Positions 47,270 through 57,048 of a stretch of 64,000 nt of DNA are shown here, in pieces (the first letter of the stretch is position 1; each line of letters begins with the position of its first letter). Both the position numbers and the translations under genes were made by a program. The notes beneath the pieces were generated by a model. That model saw nothing but the letters and a program-made list of their open reading frames with translations. It was not told the DNA's origin and ran no database searches. Origin of the DNA: Candidatus Omnitrophota bacterium (GTDB lineage Bacteria; Omnitrophota; Gorgyraeia; Zapsychrales; JANLHA01); the NCBI GenBank assembly GCA_020632535.1, contig JACKFJ010000001.1, forward strand, positions 90,890 to 154,889, written 5' to 3'.

Positions 47270-48392
47270 AGTTGTTTTACAAAATAATTCTTCAAAATTG
47301 CTGCAATCTTCTGAGAAAGTTTCACAAACTCCATTTCAGCGAGCCATGGCACTATTTAGAGCCAATCGGTTAGCAGTTTTTTCTTTAATGGTTCTTGGTA
47401 TTATTCATGTCGCGGCTGTATTCGCGGATTTTCTCGCGCCATATTCATATAACAATGAAGAGCGGACGTTTTCATTTGCTCCGCCGAGCAAAATTCATTT
47501 TATGGATGAAAACGGCAAATTGCGCAGACCTTTTATTTATGGACGGACGATTACGTTTAATGAATTTCACAAACGCCTTTATAAAGATGAAATACATCAG
47601 AAGTATCCTTTGGAATTTTTTGTGCAAGGTGATTCGTATAAAATTTTGTGGCTTGTTCCGTGCTCTTTGCATTTATTTGGTGTCAAAGATGGCGGACGGA
47701 TTTATCTTTGGGGCGCGGACTCTCGGGGGAGAGATTTATTTTCGCGTCTTTTGCATGGCGCGAGGATCTCATTATCCATCGGTCTTGTCGGTGTTTTTAT
47801 TTCGTTCTCGATTGGACTTTTAGTCGGTGGAATGGCGGGCTATTACGGCGGGAAAGTGGATGATGTTCTTATGCGAGTATGTGAAATGTTTATGCTTTTC
47901 CCCGGATTTTATTTATTGCTTGCTTTGCGGGCGGTAGTGCCATCGAATTTTAATTCTGTCCAAGTGTATGTCGCGATCATTGTGATTTTATCCTTTATTG
48001 GATGGGCGAGTCTGGCGCGCGTTATTCGCGGCATGTGTTTGTCCTTAAGAGAAAGAGAATTTGTCCTCGCGGCTAAAACAATGGGTTTGTCTGATTTATC
48101 TATTATTATTCGTCATATTTTGCCGCATACGTTATCGTATTCGCTGATTGCGATTATGTTGTCCATTCCCGGATATATTCTTGCCGAGTCCGCATTGAGT
48201 CTAATTGGATTAGGGATTCAAGATCCTTATGCAAGTTGGGGAAATCTTTTGGCTGAAGCAATGAGTATTGTGCAAATCAAATTTGCGCCGTGGATTTTGC
48301 TGCCTGGTTTTCTTATTTTTATAACGGTCATGTGCTTTAACGTCGTCGGAGATGCTTTGCGTGACGCTTTAGACCCGAAGAGTAGCAGTTGA
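47262..48392 (+). CDS. ABC transporter permease (OppC/DppC-like)
   Basis: 8-nt overlap with the upstream gene. GADSRGRDLFSRLLHGARISL and EFVLAAKTMGLSDLSIIIRHILPH. Confidence 0.9.
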   Translation: MNKVVLQNNSSKLLQSSEKVSQTPFQRAMALFRANRLAVFSLMVLGIIHVAAVFADFLAPYSYNNEERTFSFAPPSKIHFMDENGKLRRPFIYGRTITFNEFHKRLYKDEIHQKYPLEFFVQGDSYKILWLVPCSLHLFGVKDGGRIYLWGADSRGRDLFSRLLHGARISLSIGLVGVFISFSIGLLVGGMAGYYGGKVDDVLMRVCEMFMLFPGFYLLLALRAVVPSNFNSVQVYVAIIVILSFIGWASLARVIRGMCLSLREREFVLAAKTMGLSDLSIIIRHILPHTLSYSLIAIMLSIPGYILAESALSLIGLGIQDPYASWGNLLAEAMSIVQIKFAPWILLPGFLIFITVMCFNVVGDALRDALDPKSSS

Positions 48393-48393
48393 T

Positions 48394-48624
48394 ATGATAG
48401 AACGTGATTTAGGGCCACAGCCATTAATTGAAGTGATGACGCGTTTAGAAATTACTAGCGAAGCACTTGTTAAATCTTCCACCGCGCAGTTAAGTTTTAA
48501 AATGGTTAGCAAAGGATGCAAAGGCCGCAGGTTGACCCTAAACGGACAGTATAAAATTCTTGCGGCTTTGCACGCATTGCGTCCTAATGAGAAATTAACA
48601 CTGAAGGATTTATTTAATTATTAA
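48394..48624 (+). CDS. Small hypothetical protein (76 aa) nested in the ABC operon
   Basis: ATG lies 1 nt after the permease stop and the ORF ends 27 nt before the ATPase gene. I recognise no family. A possible HTH-like stretch is LVKSSTAQLSFKMVSKG..GRRLTLNGQYKILAAL. Confidence 0.4.
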   Translation: MIERDLGPQPLIEVMTRLEITSEALVKSSTAQLSFKMVSKGCKGRRLTLNGQYKILAALHALRPNEKLTLKDLFNY

Positions 48625-48651
48625 TAAGACGCTGGGGTAATAAAAATACGT

Positions 48652-49419
48652 ATGGTATTGCAAATTAAAAAATTGTCCGTGAGTGTGGCCGTTTCCGACA
48701 AAAAAATTGTTGATGATCTTTCTTTGCAAATTCCCGATCGTTCGGTTTTTGCTTTAGTTGGTGGATCTGGGAGTGGAAAAAGTACGACGGGACTTTCGAT
48801 TTTGCGGTTATTAGCGCCGGGTTTGGAAATTTCCGGCGGTGAAATTGTGTTTGCTGGACGTGACCTTTTAAAGGTTCATACTGACGAATTGCGAAATATT
48901 CGCGGAAAAGAGATCGCCATGGTCTTTCAGGAGCCTTTATATGCCTTTAATCCCGTTCTTACAATTGGTGATCAAATTGAAGAAGTTTTTAGCAGTCATA
49001 CGGATTTTCCAAAGGATAAGCGCCGGTCGCAATCGTTGGAGCTTTTGCGCGTCGTCGGTATCAAGGAACCTCAGCGTGTTTATCATAATTATCCACATCA
49101 GCTCAGTGGAGGTATGCGTCAACGTGCTATGATCGCTCAAGCAGTCGCTTTAAAGCCGAAACTGATTATTGCTGATGAACCGACAAGTAGTTTAGACGTG
49201 ACTTTGCAGGCACGGATTCTTGAGCTTTTTGCAAAGTTGCGACAGGAGTTTGATTTGTCGGTGCTTTTGATCACCCATGATTTGGGAGTTGTTAAACATA
49301 TGGCAGACAGTGTGGCGGTAATGAAGGCCGGTAAAATTGTTGAAAGCGGCATGGCGGCGACTGTTTTAAAAAATCCACAGCATCAATATACTCGTGAGTT
49401 ATTAGCTTATGCTAGTTGA
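48652..49419 (+). CDS. ABC transporter ATP-binding protein (OppD/DppD-like)
   Basis: Walker A GGSGSGKST, signature LSGGMRQR, Walker B LIIADEPTSSLD. Confidence 0.9.
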   Translation: MVLQIKKLSVSVAVSDKKIVDDLSLQIPDRSVFALVGGSGSGKSTTGLSILRLLAPGLEISGGEIVFAGRDLLKVHTDELRNIRGKEIAMVFQEPLYAFNPVLTIGDQIEEVFSSHTDFPKDKRRSQSLELLRVVGIKEPQRVYHNYPHQLSGGMRQRAMIAQAVALKPKLIIADEPTSSLDVTLQARILELFAKLRQEFDLSVLLITHDLGVVKHMADSVAVMKAGKIVESGMAATVLKNPQHQYTRELLAYAS

Positions 49420-50251
49420 ACTTAAAAATATTCGAAAATATTTTGGGAAAGTCAAAGCGGTCGATGGCGTTGATCTTGTGATTAATGAAGGTGAGAATAT
49501 TGGTCTTGTCGGTGAATCCGGATCAGGTAAAACAACATTGGGGCGTATCATTTTAAAATTATACAACCCTGATGCTGGTTCGATCATGTTTGATGGTCAA
49601 GACTGGACGCATCTTTCTTCATCAAAGCTAAGACGTTTGCGTAAAAATGTCCAAGTGGTTTTTCAGGATCCGTATAATAGCCTTGATCCAAGGTTCGGTG
49701 TTCGTGGCATTTTGTGCGAAGCACTCAACGCGCAATTTTTGAATGGAAAATTAACAAAGCCGCAAGAGGAAGAGCGGATGATCGATATTTTAAAAGCGGT
49801 TGGACTTGATGGGAGCGCTTTAAACCGATTCCCCCATGAATTTAGCGGGGGAGAGCGGCAGCGTATTGCCATTGCCCGCAGTTTGCTCATGAATCCCAAA
49901 CTTTTGATTCTTGACGAGGCGGTCTCATCTCTGGATGTGTTGATCGCGCATCAAGTCATCGAACTCCTCAAAAACTTACAAAAGAAGTACAATGTCACGT
50001 ATTTGTTTATTACTCATAATTTGCGGGTCGTGCGTAAACTTTGTAAAAAAATTGCCGTCATGCACAGTGGACGTATTGTTGAATATGGAAATACGGACGA
50101 TATTTTTAATCAACCTTTGCATCCATACACGCGGGAACTTTTGGCGGCAGCTTTGTCGTATCAGTCGCCTCAGAATGAAACCGTTTACCAATTTGCGGAA
50201 AATTCTCGTTTAATTGATAAAGGAAATGGGCATTTTGTGGTAAATTATTAA
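49409..50251 (+). CDS. ABC transporter ATP-binding protein (OppF/DppF-like)
   Basis: Walker A GESGSGKTT, signature FSGGERQR, Walker B LLILDEAVSSLD. Confidence 0.9.
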   Translation: MLVELKNIRKYFGKVKAVDGVDLVINEGENIGLVGESGSGKTTLGRIILKLYNPDAGSIMFDGQDWTHLSSSKLRRLRKNVQVVFQDPYNSLDPRFGVRGILCEALNAQFLNGKLTKPQEEERMIDILKAVGLDGSALNRFPHEFSGGERQRIAIARSLLMNPKLLILDEAVSSLDVLIAHQVIELLKNLQKKYNVTYLFITHNLRVVRKLCKKIAVMHSGRIVEYGNTDDIFNQPLHPYTRELLAAALSYQSPQNETVYQFAENSRLIDKGNGHFVVNY

Positions 50252-50254
50252 GCT

Positions 50255-52600
50255 ATGATTACATTAAGTGACAATTTTTGGAAACGATTGAGCATGATCA
50301 GCGCGCTGTTTATGCTTTTGTGCACATTTGGTCTTTTGGTTTTCACGAGTAATCTTGAGATCAAGGATTTGGACCTTTGGCTGCATATTGGCATGGGACG
50401 ATATATTGTTGAACATAATTTTCATGTTCCGGCTGTGGATATTTTATCCTTTACCGTCACTGGGACTCCGTGGGTTAATCATGAATGGTTGTTTCAGGTC
50501 ATTGTTTATTTTATTCATAGTCACTGGGGTTTTGAAGGCCTAATCGATATGCAGATTTGGCTTGTTGCCTTGACAATGCTGATGCTTGTCTTTTTGGGGT
50601 ATTCACGTAAAAATCAATTTTTGACTTTACTCGCTTTATTTTTGGTGTCATTGGTTTATCAAAGTCGGTTTACGATTCGTCCGGATCTTTTTAGTCTTTC
50701 CTTTTTTACAATTTATATTGTTATCCTCGCGTTTTTTATTCACCGCAAATGGTCAATATGGGCGCTTTTTTTCGTTCAGATTTTATGGACTAATATGCAT
50801 GGCTTTTTCTTTTTGGGGCCGTTAATGGTTGGGTTAAGTCTTTTCGGTGAGTGGATCAAGCGTATTGCGCCATTGCCGTGGGATTGGAATAAAGTCGGCC
50901 GCTTGACAGATAAAGAGTATTACCAAATGAAATTGCTTTTGGGGGTAGTCATTTTAGCCTGTTTTTTTAATCCAATGGGCGTACATGGCGTCATTTATCC
51001 TTTGAAAGTGTTCACTCAGATTTCTGGTGAATCGAAAGTTTTCTTTACAAAAATTGTCGAATTACAAAAACCCATCACGAAGGACACCATCTTTTCCATA
51101 ACAACGTGGCCTTACTATAAGCTCCTTATTATTATTTCATTTCTCAGTTTTGTTTTTAATCGTCGTAAAATTGATATTGGGATACTCATATTTTGGTTGT
51201 TTTTCTTGTTTTTCTCGCTGATTGCGATTCGTAATTTGGTTTTCTTTGCTTTTGCCGCTTACTTGGCGATTGTGGCCAATCTTATTACAATCAGGTTTAA
51301 GGATTTTGTTCCAATACGGTTTACGAGTAAGAAATTTCTCTATATTACGGCGGTGTTTGCCAATATTCTTCTGATTTGCTGGGCCATGAGATATTACGTT
51401 GGTATTTCTAATAATGGATATTTTGATTTTGATAAATATGAACGCAAAAGTGAATTTGGGGGGATATCGCAACGGCAGTTTCCGAACAAGGCCGTTGATT
51501 TCTTGGTTAAAAATAAAGTGCGGGGTAATTTCTTCAATGATTTTAACTCCGGAGCATATCTGATCGGTCGTACTTATCCAGCAATCAAGGTTTTTATCGA
51601 CGGACGAACTGAAGTATATGGGCCGGCATTTTTTCAATATTATCGCGATATCCTAGAATTTGATAATGTTGAAAAACTGAAAGCCGCGCTTACACGTTTT
51701 CAAATTACGGGTGTTCTTTTAAACTCAGTGCAAAATCCTCTTCCGGATAATTTATTAAATTACCTATATAAAAGTAAAGAGTGGGTTGTGGTTTATTTTG
51801 ATTATGACGGCATGATTTTTTTGAAAGAAACTCCGATCAATCGCGAAATCATTAGCCGCAATCGAATTGATTTGGAGAATTGGAAAGCGAAAGAGCTGGA
51901 TCTTTATCGTCTTGGGGCGAGAGAAATTTCTCCTTATCAAAATCTTAATCGTTCTTTTACTCTTGCAAGTTTAGGGCTTGATGATGCCGCAAAAGCGGAA
52001 TCTCTGGCCGCGTTGAAAGTTAATCCCAGTTTTAGTGGCCCGTATAAAATTCTGGGTAAAATCGCGGCAAAGAAAAAAGATTTTCAAGGCGCGTACGAGG
52101 CCTTTCGCATCGCGACGACTTTGTCTTTTTACGATCAAGTTGCGCGTATGAATATGTCACTCGCGCTTGCGGATATGGGGCGATTTGATGACGCGGCAAT
52201 ACAGTATCAGAAAGTTATTGATCTTTGGCCGACATATTCAAAAGGCTATTTGCGTCTTGCCAAAACTCATATCGCGCGTAAAAAATATGCTTTAGTTTTT
52301 GAAAATTTAAAGAAGGGGTATGATTTGGATTTTAAGGCAAGTGAGGATGTTTTATTGATGGGTGACATGCTTGTCGATGGTAAAGTGTACGATTTGGCTG
52401 AAAAAGTGTTTGATTTAGTCATTGCGAAGGAGCCGACACTGGTTAAAGCGTATTTGAAAATCAGTTCGGTCTATGAGCGTACCGCAAGACGTGATAAAGC
52501 AATCACATTGCTAAAGCATGGTTTGCAAAAAAATCCAGAGAGCAAAGAACTTAAAGAAAAGTTGCGTTCTTTGGGTGCGAGACCTGAGGCAAAGAAGTAG
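50255..52600 (+). CDS. Polytopic membrane protein with a C-terminal TPR array (possible GT-C-type glycosyltransferase)
   Basis: About 12 hydrophobic segments fill the first ~400 aa. The C-terminal ~220 aa has repeated 34-residue A/Y/L patterns (..AKAESLAALKVNPSF.GPY..LGKIAAKKKDF.GA.EAF..A). Confidence 0.55.
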   Translation: MITLSDNFWKRLSMISALFMLLCTFGLLVFTSNLEIKDLDLWLHIGMGRYIVEHNFHVPAVDILSFTVTGTPWVNHEWLFQVIVYFIHSHWGFEGLIDMQIWLVALTMLMLVFLGYSRKNQFLTLLALFLVSLVYQSRFTIRPDLFSLSFFTIYIVILAFFIHRKWSIWALFFVQILWTNMHGFFFLGPLMVGLSLFGEWIKRIAPLPWDWNKVGRLTDKEYYQMKLLLGVVILACFFNPMGVHGVIYPLKVFTQISGESKVFFTKIVELQKPITKDTIFSITTWPYYKLLIIISFLSFVFNRRKIDIGILIFWLFFLFFSLIAIRNLVFFAFAAYLAIVANLITIRFKDFVPIRFTSKKFLYITAVFANILLICWAMRYYVGISNNGYFDFDKYERKSEFGGISQRQFPNKAVDFLVKNKVRGNFFNDFNSGAYLIGRTYPAIKVFIDGRTEVYGPAFFQYYRDILEFDNVEKLKAALTRFQITGVLLNSVQNPLPDNLLNYLYKSKEWVVVYFDYDGMIFLKETPINREIISRNRIDLENWKAKELDLYRLGAREISPYQNLNRSFTLASLGLDDAAKAESLAALKVNPSFSGPYKILGKIAAKKKDFQGAYEAFRIATTLSFYDQVARMNMSLALADMGRFDDAAIQYQKVIDLWPTYSKGYLRLAKTHIARKKYALVFENLKKGYDLDFKASEDVLLMGDMLVDGKVYDLAEKVFDLVIAKEPTLVKAYLKISSVYERTARRDKAITLLKHGLQKNPESKELKEKLRSLGARPEAKK

Positions 52601-52623
52601 AGGGTGGGTCGATAAAAATATTA

Positions 52624-52650
52624 TTGATATGTCCTAAAACGCGGTATACT
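52624..52650 (+). promoter_or_regulatory. Candidate promoter upstream of glgC
   Basis: TTGATA-N15-TATACT; the spacer is short. GGAG RBS at 52668-52671. Confidence 0.3.
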
Positions 52651-52681
52651 TTATAGAGTTTTAATTTGGAGATTATAAAAG

Positions 52682-53911
52682 ATGGATTCACGTGGTGTTT
52701 TAACATTTATTTTAGCCGGTGGGAAAGGGGAGCGTTTAAATCCTTTGACTCGTGACCGTGCCAAACCCGCAGTGCCTTTCGGTGGGATTTACCGGATTGT
52801 GGATTTTACACTAAGCAATTGTGTCAACTCTGGTCTGCGTCGCATTTACATTTTGATCCAGTACAAATCGTTTTCTTTGCAAAAGCATCTTTTGGCGGGC
52901 TGGGATGTTGTTTCGAGTCAGTTGGGTGAATTTATTGATGTGATTCCGCCGCAGCAACGTATTAGCGCTGATTGGTACCGCGGAACCGCGGATGCGATTT
53001 ATCAGAATTTTTATGCGATCCGTGACATTAATCCGCAGATGGTCATGATTCTCGCCGGTGATCATGTTTATAAAATGAATTATCAGAAGATGATTGAATA
53101 TCATCGTGAGCGCGGCGCGGATATGACTGTTGCTTGCATTCCGATGCCAGCTGAAACTTCGACGAGCTTTGGTGTCATTGAAATTGACAAGGATAATCGG
53201 ATTCACGGCTTTCAGGAAAAACCGCAAAATCCTAAAACGATTCCGGGTGATCCTTCTCGTATTTCCGCATCAATGGGGATATATCTTTTTAACACACAAA
53301 CGCTTTGGGACGAATTAGAAATTGATACTAAGAACATGCTTTCCGAGCATGATTTCGGCAAAAATGTTATTCCGCAAATGCTTAAAAGCAAGCGTAAGGT
53401 TTTTGTTTATCATTTTGTTGATGAAAATAATCAGCCGCGTTACTGGAGAGATATTGGGACGCGCGATGCGTATTATCAGGCGAATATGGATCTGGTAAAA
53501 GCGAAACCAGAATTTGACTTATTTGACAAGCAATGGCCAGTGCGTACATATCATTCGCAGTATCCGCCGATTAAAGTACAGCATGCCGAAGGCAGTAATG
53601 GTTCATCGGTGCCGGGGGTTGTCTTTGATTCCTTAATTGCGGGTGGCTGTTTTATTAATGGCGCGGAAGTTCGCAGTTCTGTTTTGTCGCCGAATGTCCG
53701 TATTGAAAAGCACGCGACAATTGTCAATTCGGTTGTTCTTGGTGATGTCATTATTGGTGAACATGCCAAGATTCAGAATGCGATTATTGATAAAGAGGTT
53801 ATTATTCCGCCGCATGCGTCGATTGGATATGACTTGGAACTGGATCGTAAGCGTTTTGATGTAACGAAATCCGGTATTGTTATCGTCGCTAAAAAGTCAG
53901 AAGTCGTGTAA
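52682..53911 (+). CDS. glgC: Glucose-1-phosphate adenylyltransferase
   Basis: ILAGGKGERLNPLTRDRAKPAVPFGGIYRIVDFTLSNC, WYRGTADA, ILAGDHVYKMNY. Confidence 0.92.
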   Translation: MDSRGVLTFILAGGKGERLNPLTRDRAKPAVPFGGIYRIVDFTLSNCVNSGLRRIYILIQYKSFSLQKHLLAGWDVVSSQLGEFIDVIPPQQRISADWYRGTADAIYQNFYAIRDINPQMVMILAGDHVYKMNYQKMIEYHRERGADMTVACIPMPAETSTSFGVIEIDKDNRIHGFQEKPQNPKTIPGDPSRISASMGIYLFNTQTLWDELEIDTKNMLSEHDFGKNVIPQMLKSKRKVFVYHFVDENNQPRYWRDIGTRDAYYQANMDLVKAKPEFDLFDKQWPVRTYHSQYPPIKVQHAEGSNGSSVPGVVFDSLIAGGCFINGAEVRSSVLSPNVRIEKHATIVNSVVLGDVIIGEHAKIQNAIIDKEVIIPPHASIGYDLELDRKRFDVTKSGIVIVAKKSEVV

Positions 53912-53936
53912 GAGCAGTAGAAAGGATTTAAAGTAT

Positions 53937-55109
53937 ATGATCGTCCAGCCTAAAATTCGTGGTTTTATTTGTACAACGGCTCATCCGCTTGGATGCGCGG
54001 CCAATGTGCGTGAGCAAATTGAATATATTCAAAGTCAGCCCAAGATTCTTAATGGCCCCAAGAATGTCCTCGTTGTTGGTGCGTCTAATGGATATGGTTT
54101 GGCTTCGCGCATTGTCGCGGCTTTTGGGTGTGGCGCAAAAACTGTAGGTGTGTCATTTGAAAAAGAAAGTGAAAATTATAAGCGAACCGCGACGGCGGGT
54201 TGGTACAATTCACTTGCTTTTGATCGCGAGTCTAAAGAAGCGGGATTGTTTTCTAAAAGTATTAATGGGGACGCTTTTTCAAATGAAATAAAGGCGCAAA
54301 CTATTGCGGTGATTAAGGAAAACTTAGGGCCTATCGATCTTTTGGTTTATAGTTTGGCTTCGCCACGTCGGGTAGATCCCAAGACAAACATTTTATATAA
54401 ATCGACTTTAAAGCCCATTGGCGCGCCATATACGAATAAGTCTATTGATTTTGAAACGGATAAAATCATTTCTGTGACTTTGCCGCCGGCATCTGTGGAA
54501 GAAGTCAGTCATACCGTTGCTGTCATGGGTGGGGAAGATTGGGAACTTTGGATTGACGCTTTAGAAAAGGAAGGTCTTTTGGCGCCGAATGTTACGACTG
54601 TCGCGTATTCTTATGTCGGCCCCGCAGTGACGCAGGCAGTTTATCGTAGCGGAACCATTGGTGCCGCGAAAGATCATCTTGAGGCGACAGCAAAAAAATT
54701 AGATGCCCGCTTGAAGGCCAAGGGAGGGCGCGCTTTTATTTCTGTCAACAAAGCACTCGTCACACAATCAAGTTCCGCGATTCCGTTTATTCCTTTGTAC
54801 TTTACAATTCTCATGAAAGTTTTGATACAAAAAGGTTTGCATGAAGAATGTATTCACCAGATGACACGTCTTTTTGGGCAAAGATTATATACGGGGAAAC
54901 CTGTTGCCGTTGACAGTGATGGCCGCATTCGTGTGGATGACTGGGAAATGCGCGATGATGTGCAAAAGGAAGTTTCCGCGATATGGGAAAAGGTTACCAA
55001 TGAAAATGTGAAAGAGCTCGCCGATGTTTCGGGATATCATCGTGATTTCTTAAAGTTGTTTGGGTTTGGCTTAAAGAATGTGGATTATAGCGCGGATGTA
55101 AAAATATAG
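53937..55109 (+). CDS. fabV: Enoyl-[acyl-carrier-protein] reductase FabV (trans-2-enoyl-CoA reductase family)
   Basis: ATG 53937 is preferred; the track start 53877 lies inside glgC. MIVQPKIRGFICTTAHPLGC, VVGASNGYGLASRI, YSLASP. Confidence 0.9.
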   Translation: MIVQPKIRGFICTTAHPLGCAANVREQIEYIQSQPKILNGPKNVLVVGASNGYGLASRIVAAFGCGAKTVGVSFEKESENYKRTATAGWYNSLAFDRESKEAGLFSKSINGDAFSNEIKAQTIAVIKENLGPIDLLVYSLASPRRVDPKTNILYKSTLKPIGAPYTNKSIDFETDKIISVTLPPASVEEVSHTVAVMGGEDWELWIDALEKEGLLAPNVTTVAYSYVGPAVTQAVYRSGTIGAAKDHLEATAKKLDARLKAKGGRAFISVNKALVTQSSSAIPFIPLYFTILMKVLIQKGLHEECIHQMTRLFGQRLYTGKPVAVDSDGRIRVDDWEMRDDVQKEVSAIWEKVTNENVKELADVSGYHRDFLKLFGFGLKNVDYSADVKI

Positions 55110-57047
55110 TTAGCGGTGTTGTAATTCTGCTTTTAAATTCTGCAATTCGGTTTCCATTTGATTGAGATTTTCACCTTGGTGTGCGATATCTTTTTTCTGC
55201 TGTTTTAAGACGGCTGTCAAAACCGCGGTCACATTCATAGGATCAATGCTTTTACGTCCTTGTGCGGCAACAAGATCAGGAACATCCTCAGCGATAAATC
55301 CTACATGGCGTTCATTTTTGTCAGCTTTATAATTATAGGTTACAGGTCGTAATTTGAGAGTTGTATCAATAGCGTCTTGTGTATCGAGCGTCTTGATATT
55401 ATCTTTATATGCTCGGCTGGAAGGGGTTGTAAAAATACCACCGGTCGTTAAGTACGCGTTGTTCGCTTGAGCGCCGAAATGTAGAGGATGAGTCGGCGTT
55501 GGTTGTCCAATACCGACGTAACCATTGTTCTTGACGAAGAAAATATCTCCTGCGGCGGCCGCGCTGGTTGATGTCACGGCAAGATAGTCATCCGCCCCAT
55601 TACTCGTGATACTTAAAGATGCAGTTGGACTTACTTCTCGAATACTGAGTTTAGCTCTTGCAAGTATAAAACTATCGGCTGACGAAACCGTGAGGTAAGA
55701 GTCGAAGTAGTTAAAAACAAATGTGCGATGGGAGGAGTTATCTAAAACCAGATCATCCCCACCTAAGACGGTGCTATAATTTCCATTATTTATGTTTCCC
55801 ACACTGCTAGCGATTACGGAGTAATTTCCACTTATATTATTACTTGCTTGACCTCCGATGACTGACGACATCCCTGTGACTATGTTATTGCTTCCACCTG
55901 ATACAGTCGCATAATTACCGCTGGTAGTGTTACGGCCACCGCCGGTTATAGCTGACCAATCTCCGCTAGCATTATGGTACATACCGCTAACAGTGGAATA
56001 GGCGCCACTTGCACTTCCAGTATTGCCTCTATAAGAATACCCAGTATACGTGGAGTGTGATCCACTTGCTGTCATTAGTGTTGCGCCAGTAATAGTGGCA
56101 AAATTTCCACTTGCAATATTCGAACCTAGACCCGATATGACTGTATAATTACCGGAGCTGAGATTATTTGATCCTCCGGTAATGGTTGCATAATTCCCCG
56201 ATCCTTGAATGATATTACTTGTTCCACTGAGTGCTTGGCCAACTCCATCGGCGGTGTTTGACGAGCCGGCAAAAATTGTATTATAAGTTCCGGAGGCGGT
56301 GTTATTACTAAAGCCAGAAATGACCGAATACTGTCCAGAAGCCGCATTATTTTGACCACCGGTAATCGTGACATAAGAATTGGTGGCGCTATTGGTATTG
56401 CCGCCCGCGATAGTTGCGTAATTGCCTGTTAAGACATTGCTTTGTCCCGAGACCGTGGTTCCGGTATTTTGCGCGGTATTATTTTTACCAAAGGCGACCG
56501 AATAATCTCCTGTTGTGGCATCATTTGTTATTCCCGTACTATCGACAATCGCGCGAAAAGAACCCTTGCGAGGATACCAAATCAGACGGGAATTATCTTG
56601 TCCGATACGGCTACCAGTTAGCGATGTGAGAGTAGCTCCTGCCGCAAATGTTCCTGTGGCTAAAATGCCACCATCATTTTCTAGCGTTAATTTAAAAGAT
56701 GGAGTCGATGTCCCAATACCTAAATAAATGAGGGGATTCGTCGTCGTTGTAGTTGGGTATACATAATTACCAGTTTGTGTCCATGTATTATTCATTGAAC
56801 CCCAAGTCCCGATACCACCTATGTTGTGGCAATAAAATAGTTTACCTGTAGACTCTTCGACGACGAGAGTCCCAATAGTACAAGGTGTCGGTAAAGAAGA
56901 TTGCGGGATTAAAGTCATGCGATCATAGGCGCCTTGTGGAGCGGCGTAATAGGTTTTTAAAATGAGATTGCCACCCCAGCTTATGGACGTAAAAGTCAAT
57001 GGCAGAAGAAGGGTGATAAATATAATTTTAAAATTTCGCTTTAGCAT
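55110..57047 (-). CDS. Fibre-like secreted protein, paralogue 3 (Gly/Asn/Ser 15-residue repeats plus a C-terminal Peptidase-S74-like intramolecular chaperone module)
   Basis: ATG 57047 has AGGTG 6 nt upstream and sits 1 nt after the paralogue-2 stop; the track start is GTG 57056. Signal peptide, two conserved Cys, YLGIGTSTPSFKLTLENDGG, RLIWYPRKGSFRA and repeats such as ASGQYSVISGFSNNT. The C-terminal module SSRAYKDNI...RPVTYNYK...GFIAEDVP is at 55113-55421. Confidence 0.7.
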   Translation of the reverse strand: MLKRNFKIIFITLLLPLTFTSISWGGNLILKTYYAAPQGAYDRMTLIPQSSLPTPCTIGTLVVEESTGKLFYCHNIGGIGTWGSMNNTWTQTGNYVYPTTTTTNPLIYLGIGTSTPSFKLTLENDGGILATGTFAAGATLTSLTGSRIGQDNSRLIWYPRKGSFRAIVDSTGITNDATTGDYSVAFGKNNTAQNTGTTVSGQSNVLTGNYATIAGGNTNSATNSYVTITGGQNNAASGQYSVISGFSNNTASGTYNTIFAGSSNTADGVGQALSGTSNIIQGSGNYATITGGSNNLSSGNYTVISGLGSNIASGNFATITGATLMTASGSHSTYTGYSYRGNTGSASGAYSTVSGMYHNASGDWSAITGGGRNTTSGNYATVSGGSNNIVTGMSSVIGGQASNNISGNYSVIASSVGNINNGNYSTVLGGDDLVLDNSSHRTFVFNYFDSYLTVSSADSFILARAKLSIREVSPTASLSITSNGADDYLAVTSTSAAAAGDIFFVKNNGYVGIGQPTPTHPLHFGAQANNAYLTTGGIFTTPSSRAYKDNIKTLDTQDAIDTTLKLRPVTYNYKADKNERHVGFIAEDVPDLVAAQGRKSIDPMNVTAVLTAVLKQQKKDIAHQGENLNQMETELQNLKAELQHR

Positions 57048-57048
57048 A

